The notes: generated by a model from the sequence alone, not told the origin. 64,000 nucleotides of DNA from Candidatus Kuenenia stuttgartensis (GCA_945890755.1 CAMDDA010000001.1:7656-71655); one strand, 5' to 3'; positions 1 to 9,647 are shown, counted from the first letter of the stretch. A program made the numbers and translations.

Positions 1-1196
1 AGCTGATCACGGGCGGCACCGCGCCCCGAGACAAGTTCCTGGCCTGGGCGGCGACGGTGCCCAACACACTCCGCAATCCGCTCTTCCACTGGACGCACCT
101 GGAGCTGCGGCGGCACTTCGGCATCGACGATCTGCTCGAGCCCGCCTCGGCGGTGCGGATCTGGGACGAGGCCAATCGTCAGCTCGCGACCGGAGATCTC
201 ACCGCCCGCGGCATCCTCGCCCGCATGCAGGTCGAGGTGGTGGGCACGACCGACGACCCGGCTGACAGCCTCGAGTGGCATGAGGCGATCGCCCGGTCGG
301 ACTGCCACACACGCGTGGTGCCGACCTTCCGCCCCGACGCCGCGCTCAAGCTGCACCTGCCGGACGTGCTCGGACGCTGGATCCGCCGGCTCTCCGATGC
401 GGCAGGGACCGGTGCCGACACGTTCGCCGGCCTCCAGACCGCTCTCGAGCGGCGGCACGACGCCTTCGCCGCCGCCGGCTGCCGCGCCACCGACCACGGC
501 CTCGAATACCTCCCCGACACCGACTGCACCGATGGCGAGGCCCGCACGATCTGGGAGCGGGCGAGCGCCGGCACGGCGGCATCACGCGCCGACGCGGAGA
601 AGTTCACCCTGTGGCTGATGCGATTCGTGGCCCGGCTCAACCATGCCAAGGGCTGGGTGACACAGCTCCACCTCGGCCCCTTCCGCGATCCCAACCCGCT
701 CCTGGCGGCTCGACTCGGAGCCGACGCCGGCTGCGACACGATCGGCGACGCGCGGCAGGGCCCTGGACTCGTCCGCTTCCTCGCTGGGCTCGCCCGCGAC
801 AATGCCCTCGGCCGGACGATCCTCTACAACATCAACCCGGCCGACAACGCCCTGTTCGCCGCCCTGCCCGGCTCGTTCCAAGACGGCATCACGCCCGGCA
901 GAATCCAGTGGGGCAGCGGCTGGTGGTTCATGGACCAGGAGCGGGGCATGCGCGACCAGATCAACATGCTCTCCGATCTCGGCCTGCTCTCCCGGTTCGT
1001 CGGCATGGTCACCGACTCGCGGTCGTTCCTCTCGTATCCGCGACACGAATACTTCCGCCGCATTCTCTGCGACCTCATCGGCACAGATGTGACCTCCGGC
1101 CGTCTCCCGGATCGCCGCGAATGGCTCGACCGGCTCGTGACCGACGTCTGTGCGGTCAACGCCCGCAGCCTGTTCGGCTTCCCGGTTCCCACATGA
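1..1196 (+). CDS. uxaC: glucuronate (uronate) isomerase, 5' end outside window
   Basis: Frame 3 is open from base 3 (LITGGTAPRDKFLAWAATVPNTLRNPLFHWTHLELRRHFGI...). The track 'M' at 57 is an internal GTG. UxaC-like motifs are GWVTQLHLGP, WWFMDQ and SYPRHEYFRR. Confidence 0.85.
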   Translation, partial: LITGGTAPRDKFLAWAATVPNTLRNPLFHWTHLELRRHFGIDDLLEPASAVRIWDEANRQLATGDLTARGILARMQVEVVGTTDDPADSLEWHEAIARSDCHTRVVPTFRPDAALKLHLPDVLGRWIRRLSDAAGTGADTFAGLQTALERRHDAFAAAGCRATDHGLEYLPDTDCTDGEARTIWERASAGTAASRADAEKFTLWLMRFVARLNHAKGWVTQLHLGPFRDPNPLLAARLGADAGCDTIGDARQGPGLVRFLAGLARDNALGRTILYNINPADNALFAALPGSFQDGITPGRIQWGSGWWFMDQERGMRDQINMLSDLGLLSRFVGMVTDSRSFLSYPRHEYFRRILCDLIGTDVTSGRLPDRREWLDRLVTDVCAVNARSLFGFPVPT

Positions 1197-2440
1197 CCAG
1201 CCCCGCCGGCGGGAGTTCGTTGTTTCGTCGGCTCGTCGCGCCGGTCGTTGGACTCGTGCTAGCCGCCGTGCTCGCCAACGTGGGCTTCGCCGCCTGGCTC
1301 GCGGCGCGACGGGCTTCCGAACGGGCCGAGGCCGGCCGCGACAAGGTTGCCGCCGCGCTGGCTGCGTCACGGGTGGCCATGGCGCAGCCGGTGCTCGACA
1401 CGCTGCATGAACTGACGGGCAGTCACTTCGTCGTGTGGGATGCAACCGCACGAGCCGCCGGCCTGACCACACTGCCACCAGCCACCCTGCTGCCGGACGT
1501 TGCCGCATCACTTGCCGATGCGGTTGGTGACGTGACCGTGCTCGAGGGCAGGCGGTATCGGATCGGCCGGGTGCGGAGCGCCGGCGTCCGGCCTGAAACG
1601 GTGCTCATGCTCACGCCCGAACGCTCGATCGCCAGCGCGACGCTGGAAGCGGCCTGGCCACTCCTGGCCGTCGCCGCGGCGACGCTTGCCCTGTTCGTGC
1701 CGGTCTTGCTGATGGCGCTCCGTAGCACGCTCATTGCCGGCGAACGGCAGCGGCTCCTCGGCCAGCTCGCCGCCGGCTTCGCCCACGAACTGCGGAACGC
1801 CGTCACCGGTGCACGGCTCGCGATCGACCTCCATCGCCGCCGCTGCGATGCCGGTCGCTCCGCCATGTCCCCAGCCGACGATAGCCTCGCCGTGGCGACC
1901 CGGCAGCTCGACATCGTTGAAGCGGAGGTCCGTGGGCTGCTCGCCCTCGGACGTCCGACCGAGGCCGCGGTCGAGCCCACCGATCTCGACCGACTCATCG
2001 ACGATGTGTGCTCGCTGACCGCGGCCCGCGCGAACCACACCGGCGTGACGCTCGACCGCGGACTCCCGGTGGGACTCACCATGCCTGCCCGCCGCGATTC
2101 GCTCCGCGCCGCCCTCGTCAATCTCGTCCTCAACGCGATCGATGCGGCGGGCCGCGGCGGAGCCGTGCGGCTCGATGTCATCGCTGAACCGGGTGCCGTC
2201 AGCCTGGTCGTCGAGGACACCGGCCCCGGCCCACCACCGGCCCTGTCCGCGACGATGCACGAGCCGTTCGTAACGGGCAAGCCGGAGGGGGTCGGCCTCG
2301 GTCTCGCCGTCGCCCAGGCCGTGGCCGCCGAGCATGGCGGCACGCTCTCGTGGAGCCGCCATGGCGACCGCACCCGGTTTGCGATCCGGCTGCCTGTGCC
2401 CACACTAAAGGCACCACCCGGCCGCGCGCAGCGCCACTGA
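1193..2440 (+). CDS. sensor histidine kinase (two TM helices, HisKA + HATPase_c)
   Basis: The in-frame ATG at 1193 overlaps the uxaC stop (ATGA). The N-terminus MTSPAGGSSLFRRLVAPVVGLVLAAVLANV looks like a TM helix. H-box FAHELRNAVTG; G-boxes VEDTGPG and GVGLGLAVAQ. The 611 start in the ORF track is an Arg/Pro-rich extension running through uxaC. Confidence 0.8.
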   Translation: MTSPAGGSSLFRRLVAPVVGLVLAAVLANVGFAAWLAARRASERAEAGRDKVAAALAASRVAMAQPVLDTLHELTGSHFVVWDATARAAGLTTLPPATLLPDVAASLADAVGDVTVLEGRRYRIGRVRSAGVRPETVLMLTPERSIASATLEAAWPLLAVAAATLALFVPVLLMALRSTLIAGERQRLLGQLAAGFAHELRNAVTGARLAIDLHRRRCDAGRSAMSPADDSLAVATRQLDIVEAEVRGLLALGRPTEAAVEPTDLDRLIDDVCSLTAARANHTGVTLDRGLPVGLTMPARRDSLRAALVNLVLNAIDAAGRGGAVRLDVIAEPGAVSLVVEDTGPGPPPALSATMHEPFVTGKPEGVGLGLAVAQAVAAEHGGTLSWSRHGDRTRFAIRLPVPTLKAPPGRAQRH

Positions 2441-2467
2441 CCTCACCTTCAGCCCCCGCTATTCGCC

Positions 2468-3892
2468 ATGAGCCGCATCCTCATCGTCGACGACGAGCAC
2501 GCCATCGGCTGGAGTCTGCGCGAACTGCTCTCCGACGACGGCCATTCCGTCGAGGTCGCAGCGGACATCGACACCGCCCTCGACGCCTGCGCACGGCTGC
2601 ACCCCGACGCGATTCTGCTCGACGTGCGGCTGGGCTCACGCGACGGCCTGGCAGCGCTGCCCGACCTCCGGAAGGTTGCCGGCGACGTGCCCTTCGTCGT
2701 GATGACCGCATTTGGCGACCTCGACACGGCCGTGCGGGCCGTCCAGGCCGGCGCCGTCGATTACCTGCTCAAGCCCTTCGACCTGGAGAAAGTTTCGGGG
2801 GTGGTGGCCCGCGTCCTCGCCGACCGGGCGGCGCCGGCAGCCACCGCTGCAACCGCGGCCCAGTCGCCCGGGCAGATCGTCGGCTCGGCGCCACCGATGC
2901 AGGAGGTGTTCAAACAGATCGCGCTCGTCGCTCCCACCGATCTGCCGGTCCTCATCACCGGCGCCACCGGCACGGGCAAGGAACTGGCGGCCCGCGCGAT
3001 CCATGCCCACGGCCCACGCCGGGACGGCCCATTCGTCGCCACGAACCTCGCGGCCCTCGCACCGGGTGTCGTGGAGAGCGAGCTCTTCGGCCACGTCCGC
3101 GGCGCCTTCACGGGGGCGGCCGCCGACCGGCCTGGACTCTTCGACATGGCTGCCGGCGGCACGCTCTTGCTCGACGAGATCGGAGAGGCACCGGCCGACG
3201 TGCAGGCCAAGCTCCTCCGGGTGCTTGAGACGCACGAAGTGACGCCCGTGGGATCGGCCGTTGGGCATCCCGTGGACGTGCGCGTGATTGCGGCCACCAA
3301 CCGTGATCTCACGGCGGCGTGCGCGGCCGGCTCGTTTCGCGTTGATCTTCATCATCGGCTCCGGGGATTTCCAATCACGATGCCGTCGCTCGTCGAGCGG
3401 ACGTCCGACATCGAGCCGCTCGCCCGGCACTTTCTCGCCGCATTCGTCGCCCGGCACGGCGGCACGCCCCGCGGCGAGCTTCTGTCGCCCGAGTTTCTCG
3501 ACGCGATCGCGAAGCGGCCGTGGCCGGGCAACGTGCGCGAACTCAAGCAGACAATCGAGTATGCGGCGGTGCAGGCTCGGGGCGGCGTGCTGCGGCCCGA
3601 GCATCTCCCGGCACGGGCAACCGATGCCGCCGCGGCGAGCGGCGCACCAATCGACGTGGCCGCCGCGTCGGTCTCGGTTGCCATCAAGGCCTGGTCGGCC
3701 GCCGCCCGCCTGGCGTTCGGCGACTTCCCTGAGCCCGATCTCCATCGCCGCGCCGTGGATCTGCTCGACGCCACGCTCGTGCGTGAGACGCTCGCCCACT
3801 GCGGCGGCAATCGCACCGCCGCCGCGAAGCTCCTCGGCCTCGACCGGGCCACCCTCCGCACCCGCCTGCGGCTCCTCGGCCTCGACGAGTGA
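2468..3892 (+). CDS. sigma-54-dependent response regulator (NtrC family bEBP)
   Basis: REC domain (ILIVDDE...ILLDVRLG). AAA+ domain with Walker A GATGTGKE and a GAFTGA loop (RGAFTGAAADRPG). C-terminal Fis-type HTH (GGNRTAAAKLLGLDRATLRTRL). Confidence 0.88.
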   Translation: MSRILIVDDEHAIGWSLRELLSDDGHSVEVAADIDTALDACARLHPDAILLDVRLGSRDGLAALPDLRKVAGDVPFVVMTAFGDLDTAVRAVQAGAVDYLLKPFDLEKVSGVVARVLADRAAPAATAATAAQSPGQIVGSAPPMQEVFKQIALVAPTDLPVLITGATGTGKELAARAIHAHGPRRDGPFVATNLAALAPGVVESELFGHVRGAFTGAAADRPGLFDMAAGGTLLLDEIGEAPADVQAKLLRVLETHEVTPVGSAVGHPVDVRVIAATNRDLTAACAAGSFRVDLHHRLRGFPITMPSLVERTSDIEPLARHFLAAFVARHGGTPRGELLSPEFLDAIAKRPWPGNVRELKQTIEYAAVQARGGVLRPEHLPARATDAAAASGAPIDVAAASVSVAIKAWSAAARLAFGDFPEPDLHRRAVDLLDATLVRETLAHCGGNRTAAAKLLGLDRATLRTRLRLLGLDE

Positions 3893-4000
3893 CCGCTGGC
3901 GCGGCGAACGGCGCCCCGCAGAGCGGGATTTTTCACCACCCGCCGCTTGGCCGGCGGGCTGCGAACCGCACGAAATCCGCCGCTGGCGCGACCCCTGCTC

Positions 4001-4016
4001 CGGCACACGGTTTGCG
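4001..4016 (+). promoter_or_regulatory. candidate sigma-54 (-24/-12) promoter for the DUF1559 gene
   Basis: cGGCACacggtTTGCg matches TGGCAC-N5-TTGC with exact spacing (GG 4002-4003, GC 4014-4015). It lies about 60 nt upstream of ATG 4075 and directly downstream of a sigma-54 activator gene. Confidence 0.6.
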
Positions 4017-4074
4017 TCCGACGGTTGGGAAGAGACGTTGATCCGCTTCGTTCGCCCGTGAGCTCCCCCCGCCC

Positions 4075-5133
4075 ATGTCGCTGCCGACCACACGAGTCAA
4101 TCCGGCAGCCTTCACGCTCGTCGAGCTTCTCGTGGTGATCGCGATCATCGGCACGCTCATCGGCCTGCTCCTGCCGGCGGTGCAGAGCGCGCGGGAGGCG
4201 GCCCGGCGGACCAGTTGCCAGAGCAACATCCGCCAGCTGGCGTTGGCGGTGCACAACTACGAGAGCGCCCGGCGGCACTTCCCGCCGAGCATGATCCACA
4301 CACCGGGCACGACGTTCACGTCCAACAACGGCTCATGGGGCATTCTTGGCAGGACGTTGCCGTATCTCGAGGAGGGGGCCGCCGCCGTCAAAGTCGACCT
4401 CGAAAAACCGTGGGATCAGCCGCCGAACAGCACGACGGGCGTGCCCACGACCCGCATTGCCGCGTTCATGTGCCCCACGGAAAAAAACGACACGGTACGG
4501 ACCAAGAACAATGCCGCGTTCGTCTACCCTTTCAACTACGGCTTCAACTTCGGGACGTGGTTCGTCTATGACGGCCTGACTGGCGCCGGTGGCAACGGGT
4601 CGTTCCACCCCAACTCGAAGTTCAGGGCCGGGATGTTCAGCGATGGCCTGAGCAAGACGCTCTGCGTGGCCGAGGTAAAGGCATTCACGCCCTACGTCCG
4701 CAACACGTCCGACCCCGGGGCGACCTATCCCCCTACGACGCCCCCCGATTTTCCGGCACAGATAGCCACGCTCGCCGGTGGCAGCCCATCCGATCCCAAA
4801 CTCGGAGCGACCACGAACGACTGCACCGGCCACACCGAATGGCCCGACGGTCGCGTGCATCACGCCGGCTTCACCACCGTGTTCACGCCTAACACGAAGG
4901 TGCCGCACACCGTCAACGGCATCGAGCACGACATCGACTACAACTCACGACAGGAGGGGAGCAGCACGACCGTGAAGACGTTCGCCGCGATCACCTCTCG
5001 GAGCCACCACAACGGTCTCGTCGGCGTGGCGATGATGGATGGCTCGGTTCGCACGGTCGGCGACGACGTGGACCGCACCGTCTGGCGAGCCTTGGCAACC
5101 CGTGCCGGTGGCGAGGCTGTTTCGCTCGACTGA
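4075..5133 (+). CDS. DUF1559 / H-X9-DG protein with prepilin-type N-terminal cleavage/methylation leader
   Basis: N-terminus [34 protein letters not shown] is a type IV pilin-like leader. C-terminal H-X9-DG motif ([12 protein letters not shown]). This family is expanded in planctomycetes. Confidence 0.88.
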   Translation: MSLPTTRVNPAAFTLVELLVVIAIIGTLIGLLLPAVQSAREAARRTSCQSNIRQLALAVHNYESARRHFPPSMIHTPGTTFTSNNGSWGILGRTLPYLEEGAAAVKVDLEKPWDQPPNSTTGVPTTRIAAFMCPTEKNDTVRTKNNAAFVYPFNYGFNFGTWFVYDGLTGAGGNGSFHPNSKFRAGMFSDGLSKTLCVAEVKAFTPYVRNTSDPGATYPPTTPPDFPAQIATLAGGSPSDPKLGATTNDCTGHTEWPDGRVHHAGFTTVFTPNTKVPHTVNGIEHDIDYNSRQEGSSTTVKTFAAITSRSHHNGLVGVAMMDGSVRTVGDDVDRTVWRALATRAGGEAVSLD

Positions 5134-5230
5134 GACCCACTGCTTTCCCCCGGCTCGGCCGAGCCGTAGACTGCCCGCACGCAGGATCGGCAACTGCCGA
5201 CGCGTTCGATCCCCCCTACGAAAGGCCAGC

Positions 5231-5659
5231 ATGGACATCCTCGGCGAAATCTTGAAGCAGGTGCTCGAAGGCGCGGCGCAGCAACAGCAGGCACCCCAGC
5301 GGGCCCCCCAGCCGCAGCAGCGGCCGGCACAGCCCCCTGCCGGCATGCCGTCTGCCAACGACCTCACCGACATCCTCGGCCAGATCTTCGGCGGCGGCAG
5401 CGCCCAGAAGCTGCCCGACGTGGTGAAGCAGTTCGAGGAAAAGGGCATGCGGGACCAGGTTGACTCGTGGGTCCGCACCGGCCCCAACAAGCCGGTCGAC
5501 CGTCGCCAGATCGAGGACGTCTTCGGCCAGAGGGAGCTCGACCAGCTCGCCCGCAACAAGGGCATCGACCGCGACCAGCTGGCTGAGGTGCTCAGCCGCT
5601 ACATTCCCAAGATCATCGACGAGTTGACCCCGCAGGGTCAGCTGCCAGGCCGCCGTTAG
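5231..5659 (+). CDS. YidB-family protein (DUF937)
   Basis: Internal ATG at 5231 (MDILGEILKQVL...). C-terminus LSRYIPKIIDELTPQGQLP resembles the YidB tail. Gln/Pro-rich linker. The upstream part of track ORF 5039 is Arg-rich and non-coding-like. Confidence 0.7.
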   Translation: MDILGEILKQVLEGAAQQQQAPQRAPQPQQRPAQPPAGMPSANDLTDILGQIFGGGSAQKLPDVVKQFEEKGMRDQVDSWVRTGPNKPVDRRQIEDVFGQRELDQLARNKGIDRDQLAEVLSRYIPKIIDELTPQGQLPGRR

Positions 5660-5724
5660 TTGGCAGGTATACTTCGGGGAGACCGTCGGCTGCCGGCGGT
5701 CTCCCTCGAGGAACCGGGCGGGCC

Positions 5725-6855
5725 ATGCGTCGACATCTTTGCCCGGCGCTCGTCGTCGCGATCCTGCTGGCAGCCGGCGTCAGCGATGACGCCCATGCGG
5801 CCGGCGATCCGCGACCGACTGCAGACCTGCCGAGCGAGGTCTCGACTCCCGTGGAACGGCGGCCGTCCCGCCGGGCCCTGCGCCGTGCGGCGCGCCGCGG
5901 GCTTCCGCTGGACATCCAGCCCCCTGCCCAGCCGCGCGACACCGCCAGCTCGGCGTGGCCGGCCGACCGGCGCGACGACCAGCCGGCGCCGATCTCGGTC
6001 GATGCCACCCTCCGTTCACCGTTCCAGCCTGAGGCGAACGAGCGGTCAACCGTGCACCGCGACCAGCCCTACGGCACGGCGGGGGATGCTCGGCAGCAAT
6101 TCGACATCTATCTGCCCGCGGGCTGTAGTGGCGGCAGCCTCCCGCTCGTCGTGTGGATTCCGGGCGACGAGTGGCAGGGAGGCCCGCGGTCAGGCTGTCC
6201 GGTGACGTGGCTGGTCGATCGCGGCTACATGGTGGCGTGCGTCGGCTACCGGCCGGCCGACGCGGCGGTGTTCCCCGCCCAGCTCGACGACTGCCGCACC
6301 GCCCTCGCCGCGCTGGTCCGCGATGCGGAGATCTGGGGCATCGATCGCTCCCGGATCTGCGTCATGGGTGCCGGTGGCGGTGGCCATCTCGCCGCGCTCG
6401 TCGGCAGCGCACGCAGTGGGCAGCCAGTCCCTGCCGACGCCGATCCGCCGCCAGCCGTGGCCGCCGTCTGCACCATCGCGGCGCCATGCCAGCTCACCAC
6501 GCTCGGCGCGAGCCACGACCGCGCCGCATCGGCGGCCAGTCGGCTCGTGGGTGGGCCACTCCCCGAGCTGCGCGAAGCTGCGCTCGCGGCCAGTCCGCTC
6601 ACACACGTCTCGCAAGACGATCCACCGACACTCATCATGCATGGCAGGCACGACGCAGTGATTGCATCCGAACAAGCCGTGAGGCTCGATCGCGCACTGG
6701 CTGCTGCGGGCGTCGATCACACGCTCGTGCTCCTCGACGCCGGCCACGCGGTTCCCCTCGGGCCAGCGACACCGGCGGCGACCGCCTTGCTCGCATTCCT
6801 CGACCGCGTGCTCGGCCCCGGCCGGCCCGTTGAGCCTGCCCTCGCCACGCCCTGA
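5725..6855 (+). CDS. secreted alpha/beta-hydrolase-fold protein (esterase-like, catalytic motifs degenerate)
   Basis: Signal-like N-terminus MRRHLCPALVVAILLAAGVSDDAHA. Esterase-type blocks are FDIYLP, YRPADAAVFPAQLDDC, GIDRSRICVMGAGGGGHLAALVG and LIMHGRHDAVI. The nucleophile position reads G-A-G-G-G rather than G-x-S-x-G. Confidence 0.7.
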   Translation: MRRHLCPALVVAILLAAGVSDDAHAAGDPRPTADLPSEVSTPVERRPSRRALRRAARRGLPLDIQPPAQPRDTASSAWPADRRDDQPAPISVDATLRSPFQPEANERSTVHRDQPYGTAGDARQQFDIYLPAGCSGGSLPLVVWIPGDEWQGGPRSGCPVTWLVDRGYMVACVGYRPADAAVFPAQLDDCRTALAALVRDAEIWGIDRSRICVMGAGGGGHLAALVGSARSGQPVPADADPPPAVAAVCTIAAPCQLTTLGASHDRAASAASRLVGGPLPELREAALAASPLTHVSQDDPPTLIMHGRHDAVIASEQAVRLDRALAAAGVDHTLVLLDAGHAVPLGPATPAATALLAFLDRVLGPGRPVEPALATP

Positions 6856-7099
6856 CCCCCGGACGCTCTGCAGGATTTTCGAGCGGCGTCATACGACCGC
6901 GTCAGCCCGCAGGGCCGCGATATGCGATTCGCCCCGCCTTCTCCGCGGGCTTTATGCAGTCCACGCCATACGCCGCCGATACCTTCCAGCGTGCCGGAAC
7001 GAGTCGCTCGTCCGGGCTGCGGCGGCCTTCTCCGCCGGTTCCGTGCCGTCATCGCATCATCCATCATTCACAGCCTCGCGCTCGGAGTCTCCACTCGCC

Positions 7100-7969
7100 A
7101 TGCCCTCACGTCGCCCCAAGCCATCTTCCGCCGTGCAGAACCCGCTCGAGACGTACCTGCGCGAGATCAACGAGACGTCGCTGCTCTCCGCCGACGACGA
7201 AAAGCGGCTCGCGCGGGCGATCGCCGACGGCGACGCTTCCGCCCGAGATCACATGGTGCGGGCGAATCTGCGGCTCGTGGTCAACATCGCCCGGGGATAT
7301 GCCAACCGCGGCCTGCCGCTGCCCGACCTCATCGAGGAAGGCAACCTCGGCCTGCTCCGCGCCGTAGAGGGCTTCGACCCCGAGATCGGCACCCGCTTCA
7401 GCACCTATGCGAGCTACTGGATCAAGCAGTCGATCAAGCGGGCCCTGATCAACTCGGGCAAGGCGATCCGGATTCCGGCGTACATGGTCGAACTGCTTTC
7501 GAAATGGCGGCGGGCCACAGCGCGGCTCACCGACGCGCTCAGCCGTGTGCCGACGCCCGAGGAAGTGGCTCGAAGCCTGGGCCTCGCCCGCAAGAAGCTG
7601 CCGATCATCAAGAAGGCGATCCACGTGCACCAGGCAGCTCCGCAGACCGAGCAGGCCGAGGGCAGTTGGTCGCTCGGCGAACTCATTCGCGATGAGAACG
7701 CGAAGTGTCCGGCGGAGGTGCTGCTCGACGCCGATACGCTGCGGCACGTGCTGCGGCGGATCGACACCCTCGATGACCGGGCGGCGACGATCATCCGCCT
7801 GCGGTTCGGCCTCGGGGGGGCCGAGCCGATGACGCTCAAGGAGATCGGCGGCGTGCTCGGACTGACGCGGGAACGGGTGCGGCAGATCGAGGCGGAGACG
7901 CTTGCGACGCTCGCCGCCGAGATCGACGGCGTTCCGCGGGCGACGATCCGGCTCCGGCGGGGTGCCTGA
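7100..7969 (+). CDS. sigma-70 family RNA polymerase sigma factor (RpoD-like, regions 2-4)
   Basis: Internal ATG at 7100 (MPSRRPKPSSAVQNPLETYLREI). Region 2: DLIEEGNLGLLRAVEGFDPEIGTRFSTYASYWIKQSI. Region 4 HTH: MTLKEIGGVLGLTRERVRQIE. Confidence 0.88.
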   Translation: MPSRRPKPSSAVQNPLETYLREINETSLLSADDEKRLARAIADGDASARDHMVRANLRLVVNIARGYANRGLPLPDLIEEGNLGLLRAVEGFDPEIGTRFSTYASYWIKQSIKRALINSGKAIRIPAYMVELLSKWRRATARLTDALSRVPTPEEVARSLGLARKKLPIIKKAIHVHQAAPQTEQAEGSWSLGELIRDENAKCPAEVLLDADTLRHVLRRIDTLDDRAATIIRLRFGLGGAEPMTLKEIGGVLGLTRERVRQIEAETLATLAAEIDGVPRATIRLRRGA

Positions 7970-7995
7970 CCACCCACCTCCCCAGGAGCCGCCCC

Positions 7996-8508
7996 ATGGA
8001 TCTCACCGCCCACATCCGCCCGATCCCCGACTTCCCCAAGCCGGGCATCCTGTTTCGCGACATCACCCCGCTCTTGGCCGACGCGGCCGCCTTCGCGGAG
8101 GCGATCGAACGGATGGCAGGGCCGTGGCGTGAGTCGAGGCTCGATGCGATCGCCGCGGTCGAGGCCCGCGGCTTTCTCTTCGCCGGCCCGCTGGCTCTCG
8201 CCCTCGACGTCGGCGTGATCCCGGTGCGGAAGCCGGGCAAACTGCCGGCCGACACGATCAGCCACGAGTACGAACTGGAGTACGGCCGCGACCGCCTGGA
8301 GATGCACGCCGGTGTGCTCCGGGCCGGCGCCCGCGTGCTCGTGGTGGACGACGTGCTGGCCACGGGAGGCACGGCGGCGGCGTGCATGCGGCTGGTCGCG
8401 GCCGGGGGCGGCGTCGTGGCGGGAGCAGCCTTCCTCGTCGAAATCGAGCCGCTCGGCGGCCGCCCGCGACTGGCGCCGCATCGGGTGGAGAGCGTGCTCG
8501 TATACTGA
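7996..8508 (+). CDS. apt: adenine phosphoribosyltransferase
   Basis: IRPIPDFPKPGILFRDITPLL and PRPP-binding loop VLVVDDVLATGGTAAA. Confidence 0.92.
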   Translation: MDLTAHIRPIPDFPKPGILFRDITPLLADAAAFAEAIERMAGPWRESRLDAIAAVEARGFLFAGPLALALDVGVIPVRKPGKLPADTISHEYELEYGRDRLEMHAGVLRAGARVLVVDDVLATGGTAAACMRLVAAGGGVVAGAAFLVEIEPLGGRPRLAPHRVESVLVY

Positions 8509-8515
8509 GTCGGCA

Positions 8516-9646
8516 ATGGCACGTTCCCGGATCGTCGTCGCGATGTCGGGGGGTGTCGATTCGAGCGTGGCGGCGGCCCTGCTCGTCGAGCAGGGGTACG
8601 ACTGCGTCGGTGTGTTCATGAGGCAGGGCCGGCCGGAAGAGGCCGAGGGGGGGCTGCCGATCGTGGAGCCCGCGCGGGCCGGCCATCAGGGCTGTTGCAG
8701 CGTGGCGGATGCGGTCGATGCCCGCCGGGTTGCGGATCGGCTCGGGATTCCCCTCTATCCGCTCGACCTGACCGCGGACTTTGGTCGCATCATCGACTAC
8801 TTCGCCACCGAATACGGCCGCGGAAGAACCCCGAACCCGTGTGTCCGCTGCAACTCGTGGCTGAAGTTCGGCCGGCTGTTCGACCATGCCGACGCGATCG
8901 GCGCGACCCACGTGGCTACAGGCCACTATTCGCGGCTGATCGTTGACGAAGCCGGCGGGCCCCGACTCCTCCGCGGACTCGAACGGGCCCGCGACCAGTC
9001 CTACGTGCTCTTCGAGGTGCCTCGGGACCGCCTCGCGCGGATGCTCCTACCGGTGGGTGGGCTGCCGAAAGCAGACGTCCGGGCGCGGGCCGCAACGCTG
9101 GGACTCGTGACCGCCGACAAGCCCGACAGTCAGGAGATCTGCTTCGTCGCGCCAGGCCAGCATGCGGCGCTCGTCGCCCGCCGGCTGGGTGGCTCGCGGA
9201 AGGGCGAGATCGTCGATTCGAGCGGTCGCCTGCTCGGAAGCCATGCAGGTATCGAGCACTTCACCGTCGGCCAGCGAGAAGGGCTCGGAATCGCGACCGG
9301 CGAACGGCTGTATGTCATCCAGATCGAAGCCGCCAGTTGCCGCGTGGTCGTGGGCCCGCGCGACGCCGTGCCGGAGGAGGAACTCGTGGCCGCCGAGGCC
9401 ACCTGGATCGGGCCGCCACCGACCGCCCCCTTCGAGTGCTTCGTGCAATGCCGCGCCCAGCGACCAGCGGCCCCGGCCGTCGTCACGCCCCTCCCCGGCA
9501 ACCGCTTCACGGCCCGGTTCACCGGCGGGCCCGACGCCTCCCCCGGCCCGATCTCCCCGGGCCAGCCCGCCGTCTGCTACCGCGATGATGACGAACTCCT
9601 CGGCGGCGGCTGGATCGAAGGGTACAAACACGCCGACGGCCCGTAA
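8516..9646 (+). CDS. mnmA: tRNA 2-thiouridine(34) synthase
   Basis: Internal ATG at 8516. PP-loop VAMSGGVDSSVAA. Also NPCVRCN, ATGHY and RDQSY motifs. Confidence 0.92.
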   Translation: MARSRIVVAMSGGVDSSVAAALLVEQGYDCVGVFMRQGRPEEAEGGLPIVEPARAGHQGCCSVADAVDARRVADRLGIPLYPLDLTADFGRIIDYFATEYGRGRTPNPCVRCNSWLKFGRLFDHADAIGATHVATGHYSRLIVDEAGGPRLLRGLERARDQSYVLFEVPRDRLARMLLPVGGLPKADVRARAATLGLVTADKPDSQEICFVAPGQHAALVARRLGGSRKGEIVDSSGRLLGSHAGIEHFTVGQREGLGIATGERLYVIQIEAASCRVVVGPRDAVPEEELVAAEATWIGPPPTAPFECFVQCRAQRPAAPAVVTPLPGNRFTARFTGGPDASPGPISPGQPAVCYRDDDELLGGGWIEGYKHADGP

Positions 9647-9647
9647 C

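Noticed and set aside
5151-5166. 16-bp perfect palindrome CGGCTCGGCCGAGCCG right after the DUF1559 stop, considered as an intrinsic terminator
   Set aside because: No U-tract follows it. It may still be a 3' stabilising hairpin or a protein site, but a terminator call is not supported.
5185-5215. tRNA-like T-loop motif GCGTTCGATCCCC (and GGTTCGATTCAC on the minus strand near 23430)
   Set aside because: The flanking bases cannot form a 5-bp T stem or an acceptor stem. No cloverleaf can be drawn by hand.
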